A program made the translations under genes and the position numbers. Shown here one piece after another: positions 12,656 through 23,424 of a stretch of 64,000 nucleotides of DNA (the stretch's first letter is position 1; the number at the start of each line of letters is the position of its first letter). This stretch comes from Botryllus schlosseri (taxonomy: Eukaryota). The stretch is taken from contig CM119377.1 of assembly GCA_051294905.1 (NCBI GenBank), positions 4,402,001 through 4,466,000 of the forward strand, given 5' to 3'. The notes below the pieces were generated by a model, which had not been told where the DNA came from, ran no database searches, and saw only the letters and a list, made by a program, of their open reading frames with translations.

Positions 12656-15600
12656 CAGAGATGGAAGTCGGGCCGGGCTTTTCGGGTTCGGGCCGGGTTC
12701 GGGCCGGGTTCGGGCCGGGTTCGGGCCCAAAGTTATAAAAATTATCGGGCTTGAATCGGGCCGAATAGTCACTACGAAAAGCATTGACTTCATATACAAA
12801 TTTGATTTGCAATTTTGATCGAAAGTGGCACAACTACATATAAGATACACCAATACCGTATCACGTAAGTATGGCAATATCTGTGAATAAACTTTATACG
12901 AAGTACGAACCCAGATAAACTTCATTATAAGACGGCCCGAAGACTATGATTGTAATGAAACAATGTCAGCTAAATAGTAAACAAGCGTCCCAAATACGCC
13001 AAACATTGATCATTGTTCAGGCCACATTGTGACGAAAACATGAATTACGGATGGATGGATAACCATGCTGGAGCCTGGATTACTACCAATTTAGTTTTAT
13101 TTTCGATGAGGCATGCTGAACTGAACAGCTAGAAGCAGGTGATGAGACGACGGCTTCCGTTGTGGCACAGCAGGATTGATCGATAGATGTGTTAAGGCGG
13201 TGTTAATATTTATTAAAGAAAGCTTTTAGATGCGCCATAGTCAGGGGCGTAGCCAGCCGAGATAAAAAGGGGGTAGAACTGAATAAAGGGGGCAGAATGA
13301 GCCTCTATGCGCCATACCTTTAGCGATAGCGACTTCTGTATTCCGTACGCTTTTGAAAGCGTAACTAATTGGCGGATCTAATTACTGAAAGCGAGTTAGC
13401 AATCAACAGCTTGCACGGGATCGTGTTAGCAATCAACAACTTGCACGGGGATCATGTTACGATGCGCATGCGCTTATCCCGTGACAGTGCAGGAGATCTT
13501 ATTTGTATTCAAATAAGTAATCGACCTTGGAACAATACCAGAACAACATTTCACGACGAACAATCTATACAGCGCAGAATCTGTTATATCTTCATGAATT
13601 TTGACATGACTCAATTCGCGTGTAAGAGTAACGTCTTCTCGGCGTTTTAATTCCATTCATTTCGAACATGGCGCATATACTAATTGTACCGGCGTGTGAA
13701 TAATGACTTATTCGCAAAGCGAGGGAATCTCAAACAAGTTTCGGCGCGGCTATTGAAGGCTGAATGCGTCCTGGTGGGATACCGATCACGAAAGGCATAA
13801 TCTAGTATGACGTATACATGGTCATTGAGGTCAAGACAAGGCACAACAATGGCGTCAAAAATATAATGCGAATCGAATGTATTGTGTCTTCACGGTGTTT
13901 TGGGGAACAGGCTTGAGTTCGGCAAAGCACGAATCAGATGCGATTGCTTCAAAACATGATTTCATTCAGTTATAAGTTGTTATTTTCATGTTATCAATGT
14001 TCGTTATCGTTTACAATTAACTGTTGATGAGAAAACAACGCGTGAACGACGCGACTAACTTATATTGTATTAGGCTATGTGACAGCGGTAGTATTGTTAT
14101 ATAGTAGGCTACACTAACAGTAAATAATGCAGACGATACATGAATTATCAAAAGAATTGCAAAGACATCCAGAACGGTTTACGTTTTCTCCTGCTCCAGG
14201 TCGATCAGAGTTTTGGAGGACAATGAAAGTCGTAGCACGGCGTTGTCAGCCTACTAATGCTGTAATTGGTGTCACGCCGGAAATTTTGACCGGAATAGTT
14301 TCATGCGGTGTTTGCAAACTAGTATTAAAATACGATTGCCAAAAAACAGGGTCGTCCCATATCAAGCGCCATTCCGAACATTGCAAGCCTGGGCCTCATG
14401 GAAAAAAGAAGCAGCAGCTAATGTTACAGTTTGCAAATAAAACGCTTAGACTAAGCGAATCTGAAAAGCTGGACATAAAAACTGCTGAATTGGAGTTTTG
14501 CGTTCGTGGCTATCATGCCTTTCATTCAGTTGAAAATGACGGCCTGATCAAGCTATTACAGCAATTTGTGAACATGTCCGCGACGCATGGACGTTTTAAT
14601 GTATCAGACGTGATATATGGACGTAAAACTATATCGTTATATTGCAAGGAAAAAGCTGCAGTAATAAGGGAAAGGATAACAGAGGTTTTAGTTGAACCAC
14701 AGTTAGCCGAAGCCGTCGCAGTAACGTTGGACTTGTGGACGGACGAATACAAGCATACGTCATACCTAGACGTACACGTCTTCTGGATTGATAAGTCCTT
14801 TGAAATGAAACATCAAGTTTTGGCGGTACGTCATTTTGGGACTGAACGTCACACTGCTGAAAATATTTCACAGGCTATACAGACTATATTGGCTGAATAT
14901 GCTATTGATGCTTCAAACATTACGGCAACTACCGACCACGGTGCAAATGTGGTCGCTGCCTTTCGAGTAGGAATGTTGGAAACGTCCGCACGCCTTGACT
15001 GTATGGCACATAGGCTACACACTTGCTTCTCAACCATGTGGTCACGGGTATGCACTTCACAGTCAGAATTGCTCGATTACGATAACAATGCATCTTCTCT
15101 GGTAAAGTATTGTAATCAAGCCTCCGGTGTGCAGGAACAACTGCCCGTGTCGTTGAAAAAAGGCTCGTCAACTCGGAGATGGCAAGGCTATATTGATAGA
15201 GCATATTCCATCAACGAAAGTTATGAAGCTTTGGTGCGCATTCTTTCAGAACCACACAGAGACCGCATGCAGCTCATAGCATCTGTTAATCGAAGAATGA
15301 ACGCGGAAATTTTACAATTCATGAAACCATTCGGCGATATATTTGATGTTATGCAATTTAATTCCAAACCAACGATAGGCTACGCCGTGCTAGCGTATTA
15401 TAAGGCGTTTGAACTTGCAAAACCTTGCCAGAATGACCATCCCGTTATCAAGGCCATGAAGACAGAACTTAGACAACTTTTGGACACAGTATATTTTGAA
15501 TCTTCGCTGAAGGCCCATCACTGGCTAGCTACCTTTCTTGATCCAAATTTCAAACGATTTGAATTTCTGCCACTTATCAGTAATGAAGAGGTCTCATTCA

Positions 15601-17018
15601 AGATAAGATTGCTCTCGGACATTGATAAATGGGTAATTGAACACATGGAAAAGGTTGCCGATTATAGCCCAGGCAATCAAGACTATGTTCGATCAGAAGC
15701 AAGAGAAATGCGACCAATCGAACTTGATGATCCATTCTCCCAATTTCGCGACGGTCTTGACAGACATTCCGCTCCAAGCCTCGCTTCGTCTGACAGTATC
15801 AAGCGAAACTTACTCCAGGAACTTCAACGGTACAAGGAATACCAAAATGCATCATCGCACCCCAATCCGCTGGACTTCTGGAGAAAATATGAACGGGACT
15901 TTCCAACGCTCTCCAGGGTGGCTAGAAAGATGTTTGCAGCCCAGTGCTCAAGTGCGCAATCCGAAAGAGATTTTTCATCGTGCGGTCTGACCTTGTCCCA
16001 GCTTATAGATAGAGAGTGCCATTAGAGTGGATGTTGTTTTGTCTGACAATGGTCTCACAATGTCTAACAATGCTTTCTGTTCTATCACCAAAAAGTCTAA
16101 TTTGATTCTTGACTTGAACACGAATCCTGTTGTTATGAACATTTCATATTGTGAGCGTCATGTATGTACATAGTTTTTAGGCAATTCATTCAAATTTTGT
16201 TCATATCTGTTATATGATTTGTGTCCAATGACTGTATCGTTGCAGGCAAGGTAGCTACAAGCCGTCGACATTGCGTAGGCATCGCGTAATCACTATTTCA
16301 AGAAGTGTTCACTCAGCCGTGATTACTCGGCATCGCATCGAGATATCAGGCCTACCGAAATTCTGTAAACCGAGGTCATAATTCCACACACTATTTCGAG
16401 ACGAATAACGGTAAAGAAATCATTGATGTTTTGTTGAGAAGAGAAGATCATTATCTTTTCAAATAGCAACATGTTTAATGCCGCAGAACAGTTTATCAGG
16501 GTTCATCAGCAGTTATAAAAACAGAATTGTTGAGGAAAACTTAATATTTTCGCTTTCAACAGCCAATAGCCCTATGATACACCTTGCGGATAGCTTTTTC
16601 GATGGCATAATACTGTAGAGGGCGATCTCCTTGTTTCTATGATACCAAAGACGCCACGATCGAGCATGCAGATGCGACTAAATCTCAATTATAGTGAACC
16701 GACTAAAATTCAGGGTAAAGTTGCAGACTAAGTTAACAGTGGGGCTGTTTTCAGCGTATTCTCATTCAGATATATTAAGCTCTCTTGCCATATGCAAGAT
16801 TGCTATCGAAAGAAAACAAAGTTAGAGCATTGAAATGCTCGAAATTTGAATCGTATATCAGCTTATTTGCTCGCAACAGTTGAAAATTGCTATTTGAACT
16901 TGGTTTCGGGCCGAAACGGGCTCAAAACTCAACCGTCGGGTTCGGGCCGGGTTCGGGCTGAACTTGTCGGGTTCGGGCCGGGTTCGGGTCCGGCTCACCC
17001 GGCCCGCTTCCATCTCTG
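12656..17018 (+). mobile_element. hAT (Ac-type) element carrying a transposase ORF, 4363 bp
   Basis: TIRs CAGAGATGGAAG / CTTCCATCTCTG; GGGTTCGGGCC subterminal repeats at both ends; perfect TSD GCCCACGC (12648-12655, 17019-17026). Confidence 0.95.
14127..16025 (+). CDS. hAT (Ac/hobo/ZBED1-like) transposase, 632 aa, possibly C-terminally short
   Basis: BED-finger-like W..CxxC..H..C; catalytic motifs TLDLWTD, TTDHGANV, CMAH (CxxH), RRW, FLDP, SSAQSERDFS. Confidence 0.92.
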   Translation: MQTIHELSKELQRHPERFTFSPAPGRSEFWRTMKVVARRCQPTNAVIGVTPEILTGIVSCGVCKLVLKYDCQKTGSSHIKRHSEHCKPGPHGKKKQQLMLQFANKTLRLSESEKLDIKTAELEFCVRGYHAFHSVENDGLIKLLQQFVNMSATHGRFNVSDVIYGRKTISLYCKEKAAVIRERITEVLVEPQLAEAVAVTLDLWTDEYKHTSYLDVHVFWIDKSFEMKHQVLAVRHFGTERHTAENISQAIQTILAEYAIDASNITATTDHGANVVAAFRVGMLETSARLDCMAHRLHTCFSTMWSRVCTSQSELLDYDNNASSLVKYCNQASGVQEQLPVSLKKGSSTRRWQGYIDRAYSINESYEALVRILSEPHRDRMQLIASVNRRMNAEILQFMKPFGDIFDVMQFNSKPTIGYAVLAYYKAFELAKPCQNDHPVIKAMKTELRQLLDTVYFESSLKAHHWLATFLDPNFKRFEFLPLISNEEVSFKIRLLSDIDKWVIEHMEKVADYSPGNQDYVRSEAREMRPIELDDPFSQFRDGLDRHSAPSLASSDSIKRNLLQELQRYKEYQNASSHPNPLDFWRKYERDFPTLSRVARKMFAAQCSSAQSERDFSSCGLTLSQLIDRECH

Positions 17019-17255
17019 GCCCACGCCGTCTTCCTTCAGTTGGGATATTGCGGTACGTTGAGCATAACACCATTTGTTTCATTTGAATGTTTAATATGAT
17101 TCATAATGAGCAGACAAGGGGCCATCTACAACGGTAGGCCTATAAAGTAAACTACAAGCTGTAAAATGCCAAATGATAAGTGCACCGAAAGTGCAAAATC
17201 TACGATACAAGCGAAATGCAGGTTGCAAAAAGTTTTAACTTCGTAAACAATTTAG

Positions 17256-18543
17256 TAGGGATGGTGTGAACGCGAGGTTCACGTTCGCGTTCTGTGTGTG
17301 AACCTCATAAATTTAGAGGTTCACGTTCACAAACGAACCTTGATAGGTTCTGCACTGTGAACCTTTTTCATATATTAAAATTTTCACTTCATTACAACAT
17401 TTTTAGTTGAAATTTATTGCATTTCAACGGCGGGTCACTCTATGCATGGCGCTGGCAGCATAACAAAATCAACACTAAACGATAATGCACCTTGACCATC
17501 TCACAGGACAGGACGTAGTTTATTGTCGTCCTTGATGTTTTTTGCGGCATATACACCGACTCATGATACACATAAACACGTTCTGCGCATACGCATACCA
17601 TGAGTGCATGATGTGCATATGCCGCTGGACAAGAGAGTGCAGATGTAGCCTTTACGGCTTTCTAAGTCATGCACCACCCCTCCATGCTATCCCAGTAATG
17701 CATGAGCGCCAAGCAGGGAAGCCATGGATACCAGTGGTACTAATCAGGTCTTTGGTCTGACCCGACCGGGAATCGAACCCACGACGTACCGATCAGGAAG
17801 CCGGACGCTTACCCATTACGCTATCTTGTCGGTCACGAATTTCACTTGCTTTGTTACGAAAGTTTGCTCGAAATATCCAGCTTTCCGTTTGTGAATATTT
17901 AGTGACTCTCGGCTGTGAGCTTGACCTACAATCACACAACATCAAAAGCGAAATACACTACCTAGGTTGTCATAGTCAGCGAATGATGCTTATTCAACCG
18001 ATCAATTGAATTGATATCGATGTCTGATGTAAAAAATCTAGCAGGCGTTCGGGGTCAATTTTGATTTCATATGTTTATTGTATCATAAAAACCAAATCCG
18101 TGCGTTTCTGGTATTGGCTACTACTGTATAACTTTTTAATGCTATAATATCGCTAGCAAGTATAGAAACCCGTTTTACACTCTGCTCAATATCAACGCAT
18201 AGCAATACTCAGACGCCGAATATATTGTCCGGTCTGGTCTAGACCGTGAAGGCGTAAGCTTATATTCCCTTGCAAGTCCTCGTCGAAATTGTTGGCAAAG
18301 CGATTGATTATATCAATTGATTTCCCCAGTTGATACATCTGTAGACGTTTAAAACGTCAATATGTACTTCAGCATTGTGGCCCGACTCGTCGCTAAGTAT
18401 AACAAGGCTATCACTCCACTGAAATGTAGAGTCGGAATTAGCAATATGACGTCATGAGGTTCACGTTCGCGTTCACACAGAACCTTTCAAAAAGGTTCGC
18501 GTTCACACGAACCTGAACGTTTCAGAGGTTCACACCATCCCTA
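17256..18543. mobile_element. hAT MITE (GTTCAC/GTGAAC subterminal repeats), copy 1, containing a SINE
   Basis: TIRs TAGGGATGGTGTGAAC / GTTCACACCATCCCTA; TSD CAATTTAG on both sides; SINE-free sister copy at 31655-32631. Confidence 0.95.
17505..17832 (-). mobile_element. tRNA-derived SINE, copy 4 (well preserved)
   Basis: Minus strand reads gacaagatagcgtaatgggtaagcgtccggcttcctgatcggtacgtcgtgggttcgattcccgg (A and B boxes), then the shared body and a (tcctg)n tail; absent from the sister MITE. Confidence 0.92.
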
Positions 18544-19220
18544 CAATTTAGACATTTTTTGACCTAACGGTACAATTTTGACCTAATTTTGACTTTTTGG
18601 ACATGTTAAAAAAATCGCCCTAGTTATTACCTTTACATATACCTTCCTATTTTATCCGGAATGAGCAGTTGGGCCATTGCCTCCGGGAATGCCTTGTTTT
18701 CATCGAGTGAGATAGAGGAATGATTTTCACCATTATTTGACCGGAACATTCGCCCAAGTTTAATCACGTCGAGAGAAATTACATTAATTTGAACCAGGGC
18801 GTTTCTCGTCAATACATGTTTTATACTTGCATAATTTTACGATTCCAACGATTTGGCATGATACTATAATAGGGTGTCAACTTCACGAGCATCAGAATCC
18901 TTAAGGCTGATTGATGATATCGGTTACCATAGCGAGTTTGCATATCACGTTGATATCATGTATGGGACATTTATCCCATTTTGTACCTTTGAAATGCATC
19001 TCACTAGAGATGGCCACTCCTTTTCAATGTTCTGCCATACCGTCACTCGTCAAAGCATGAACGACAGGTCGCGCGTCGCCTCGAAAAATACATCTATATG
19101 ATATTGATCTTCCACAATGAGAAAGTTTTGACAAATCTGGCTATCCGAACAACGGAACAGCGCGGGTTTCATATATTTTACTTTGAAGATAACTGTCACA
19201 ACGCTGACTCGGTATATACG

Positions 19221-20235
19221 CAGTATTGGGATCAAGTCACTACCTTCGAGTCACGAGTCATCTCGAGTCATCTCGAGTCATTGCACATTTTGACTCGAGT
19301 CAAGTCAAGTCAATCGATTTTCCAAGGTGACTCGAGTCAAGTCAAGTCACTCGTTTTTCGGATGTGACTCGAGTCCAGTCAAGTCAAGTCAAGTCGAGTC
19401 ACGAGTCAAGTCACAATTCAAGTCAAATTGAATTTTCGAAGTATCAGCGACGATTCAAAGTCATGACATTTTGCTAGCTGTGAGAAAGATTGAATAATTT
19501 GCCATTTATCTTGCATCAAATACCGAATATAAAGTTTAATATGCAAGCAAGAAGGCGTTGTGTCCATCACGCACACGTAGAACTGCAGATAAAATACGCG
19601 ACGAACTGTATAGCTATTCTACAGTCTGTTATTACTTATTATCAGCCAATAGGATCGAATACGAAGCCTCGAGAAGTTGTAACAAATTGATATGGTACAA
19701 TACACTACCCATCTACACATCCGTGAGAAAATAGACGCATCAACTATATTCGCTAGATTTAATTCTTATAAGAGGGTTGGTAAAGGTGATCACTGGGCAA
19801 TGTTAGCACTGAGCCGTCTAAGAATCATGGATACGTTGCTATTATAATCTTCTTCTTCTACTACTACTACTATGACAACGTAACCCGTGATCATTTCGTT
19901 TATGGTCAATGTATCTGTGATACAATAATGGAGGATCATTCAAACGTTTATTCAGTGAATGCCTGGTTACTCTCACAAGTGACGCAGGCGTATCGCGAAC
20001 AATACGAACATACATTAATGAACATAAATTACTGTGATGTATTTATTATTATATTACTTGATGACTCGTAATTGACTCGTAAATTTTGCTTCGAGTCATG
20101 AGTCAATCCGCATTTTAAAGCGCCGAGTCAAGTCAAGTCATTTTTGCAAAGTGACTCGAGTCAAGTCAAGTCAATCGAAAAAGTTGACTCAAGTCTGACT
20201 CGAGTCAAGTCATGACTCGAGTCATCCCAACACTG
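19221..20235. mobile_element. hAT MITE with GACTCGAGTC/AAGTC subterminal repeats, 1015 bp
   Basis: TIRs CAGTATTGGGAT / ATCCCAACACTG; perfect TSD TATATACG (19213-19220, 20236-20243). Confidence 0.93.
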
Positions 20236-22274
20236 TATATACGTGATCCACATTCGTGTTGTTTCATATATCGAACGGTAAAGGAGCTTTGAACTATGGT
20301 TTTTTTTGCATAATCTACGGCACATAGCAGAATCCGAGAGAATCCGAGAATTTCGACAAGCGATTGGAATGATCATTAAAAGATCGCTGAACTAAATAAG
20401 AATCGGTCGTTTCGTTGGTATTTCTATTCTCGATGTCCTTGATGTTGAATGGCCACATTGATTACTGTTGCTTCCCGGTTCGCATTATACGACTTGGATA
20501 ATTGAAGAGCCGTATGCTATGGCGCTACACACGCACCAGATCTAATTGAACGCGTCTATACGCCGAAAGCTAAATAACTAACAACAGCTAAACGAATTTT
20601 AGTGGCAGTTTTGACATGATCAGGACTCATGATCCCATCCCCTGACTATCGTTCAGCCACGTTCGATGGTAGCAACTGAACATAAGCACGCATTGGATAA
20701 ATGTAAATATATTCGTCAAACTTCTCGGTATATTCAATGCCTATTTCACAAGACATGCATCAAATTTGTCGGTTAACCGTTTTAGTTTGCCGTTAGTATT
20801 TGCATTACTATCCGGAACCCACGACAAACATTAAAATAATTATGTAATGTTTCAAGTGTACCCCGATAATAAAATAGTCATGTTCTCCCTATTTCTGGGG
20901 ATGAAATAAAATTAGTGCTCAAGGATTTAAACTAATTTGATAATGTTTAATTTGGTTATTTGCATCGCTTATAGGGAAATTTATATCTCCAGGAAGATCA
21001 CCCGCTATTATTTCTATGGTTCAAAACTACAGTGTAAATACTTTAACGATGCGATTGCCGCTGCCGCAATACCCAGAGACAGTGATCTTTGCTGTTATCC
21101 AAAATCAACTCTCTCCGTATCTTCAATCTTTCGAGATGATGATTGGAGATTGGATAAGTCATCGAATATTTGTCTATCTGACGCCTATCTTCTTGCCCTT
21201 GCGCGTTCTAACATGCGATATTATTCGATAAATCATTCCAATCGGATAAACTATATCTACAAAATGTAAGCATACCTATCATTAATAAAGATATGTTGGT
21301 TTCAAGCAATGTAATCTATATCAATTAGGATTCTTTTTGGAATTTACTTTGTAGAATCGGACGGACAAATTGGCATTACTACGATTTGTTGTTAAATATA
21401 TTCGATCTCCAGTGAGAGGAAATTCCTTACATATGGGTTAAGGGGCATTCCTCACTTACAGCAAGACTTAAGAGTTCTCAATATGATATACTGTCATTTC
21501 GGCATGGACAATACTTGCGAAAATAATTGTACCCACAAAAACGTTGCAGAACTTGTTGAGAATTCTTCATAGAACTCCAATTACTTGCAACGCCACGCCC
21601 AGACCATTTTAATGCGGCAACTGCAACACTATATGTGAATCTGCTGGCTGGAGCGGGTTCTATAAAAAATCATGTAAGCAGATCTGAAGTCTCTTCTATC
21701 AATTTGATAAGCTGTGTTATTGATATATTCTGCAGTGATTGTCCGGCACCTGAGCTGCTAAATTTGGTACGTCGAAATCCTGCATGATGGCAAATTTAAA
21801 AGTATTGTCGCTTATACAAACTTCACACATCTTGCAGAATTCTGGATTCATTTTCAAATTTATATTTCGAACTCATCAGAAGCATAAAACACTTCAAATC
21901 TAGTTGCAAATGTACAAAACAGTCTCACTTCATCGACCCGCGACGGGTGTACGTACATACGATTTGAGGTATAAAAGTAACCAGTGCCTTGCTGGACAAC
22001 ATCCTAGCCGACAAGTGGTGCAGTAAATTCTGCTTGTAGTCGTCATAGCGTCATGGTATCATTAACGTTGTATTCTATCCATCCACAGTCAATAAAGATA
22101 TGCAGTGGGCAATTCGTCATATCGGTGATTGGCAAGGAAGCTCAAATTTCCGGGCCATATCAATTTTCAACATGGTTTCACGCCGACGAGCGATAGACTT
22201 TTGTTACAGAGTACAAAAATATAGTCATTCGATACTGACTGGAGTTCAGAATTCGTGATGCGTACGTATATAGC

Positions 22275-23424
22275 TCAGCAGCCATCGGTTCTGACAACGT
22301 CCGTATTAAACCCAAATCCAGATAGAATACTGGAAAACGAACTGAAAAAATTGAACGAGAAGCTCTCAGTAGTGGTTTTAACCTTTTTACATGCTTTGGT
22401 TGTTGTGAAGGGAATGCACGTCGGACGAATCCATTTGCCATTTATCTTCTTTGGTCGCACCGTCTTACAACTAAAAGTGGATTTTGTTGTTTTGGGTTTA
22501 TCCGTAGTTTTCGGACGGTTCCACTTGGGTTTCTTGGGTTTAAGAGTAGTGGGGACCGGCTTCTTTGATGGTTTGGTCCATTTAGGTTTCACCGTCTGCT
22601 TTTTAGGCTTCCATGTTGGCTTGGCTGGTTTCACCGTCGGTTTTTTGGGCTTCCATGCTGGCTTTGACGCGGTTGGTTTAGCGGGTTTCACCGTCGTTTT
22701 TTTGGGCTTCCATGCTGGCTTTGACGCAGTTGGTTTGGCGGGTTTCACCGTCGGTTTTTTGGGCTTCCATGCTGGCTTTGATGCTGTTGGTTTGGCGGGT
22801 TTCACCTTCGGTTTTTTCGGCTTCCATACTGGTTTTGATGTTGTTGGTTTGGTCCATTTCGGCTTTGCAGTGGGTTTCGACGGCTTTCTCGCTTTCTTCG
22901 TTGTGGTCTTAGGCGTCCATCTCGGTTTTTGTGTGGGTTTTGTAGCGCTTTCAGTGGAAGGAATACAGTCATCTAACAACTGCAGTTTCACGACATTTTT
23001 CTTCTTCGTTGGCGATTTGGCCGCGAATCTCGCAGGTATCGCCTGCGTCGGATATCCAGCTGAAGTATTTCAAGTTTAAGTTTCATGAAACTGAATCGCC
23101 AAAAGCAAGCTACTTACCCCCTCTCATGATGCAAGCGCATTCATGTAGACAGCAATGCGCGTACTTCCGCAATCCACAGTCTTCTGGAGCGACGATTGCC
23201 TTGGTATTGAAATCGTAGCATGGTTGAACTTGATTCTCAAATCCAGTTTCTGAAAAGCGTGCGTGAATTTTGTTAACAAAGGAAGTCGGAATATATAATA
23301 ATATAGGCCACTTACTTGGAATGCATTCCAATTTATTTAACCGTTGCGATAACTGCCACGATGTTTGACAGTTCGTCACTTCAAATAACGCCACAACCAG
23401 AGCCACTACTGTAATCCGCAACAT
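22275..23424 (-). CDS. Secreted Cys-rich / Lys-Trp-Thr-Pro repeat protein, paralog A (341 aa; exons 23424-23316, 23249-23118, 23059-22275)
   Basis: Hydrophobic leader MLRITVVALVVALFEVTNC followed by QTSWQL; GT-AG phase-1 introns of 66 and 58 nt; the spliced frame is open and aligns motif-for-motif with B-E; ends FSSILSGFGFN..DGC*. Confidence 0.9.
22600..22850 (-). repeat. 57-bp coding tandem repeat (19 aa, KPAKPTASKPAWKPKKPTV) in paralog A
   Basis: Three near-identical units plus degenerate flanking units, visible in both DNA and translation. Confidence 0.9.

Larger units (their letters stand above)
12083..18622 (-). mobile_element. Outer hAT element (internally deleted; about 870 bp without its nested inserts)
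   Basis: TIRs TAGGGCGATTTT / AAAATCGCCCTA; perfect TSD GTTATTAC (12075-12082, 18623-18630); TTTTGAC(C/T) subterminal repeats at both ends; retains a transposase C-terminal remnant. Confidence 0.9.

Noticed and set aside
17760-17832. tRNA gene-like sequences with A and B boxes (also at 4463, 6445 and 45273)
   Set aside because: No complete cloverleaf, and each runs into the same SINE body; these are SINE heads, not tRNA genes.
19240-20235. GACTCGAGTC, GATTAC, GGGTTCGGGCC and ACCGGT arrays as possible CRISPR repeats
   Set aside because: No unique constant-length spacers and no cas genes; the context is eukaryotic, and the first three are subterminal repeats inside TSD-flanked hAT elements.
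22255-23079. Long hydrophobic ORFs antisense to the five genes (22255+, 27231+, 36880+, 46490+, 53135-) that look like membrane proteins
   Set aside because: They are shadows of the Lys/Thr/Pro codons on the coding strand. They lack independent motifs, and the spliced sense models explain the conservation.
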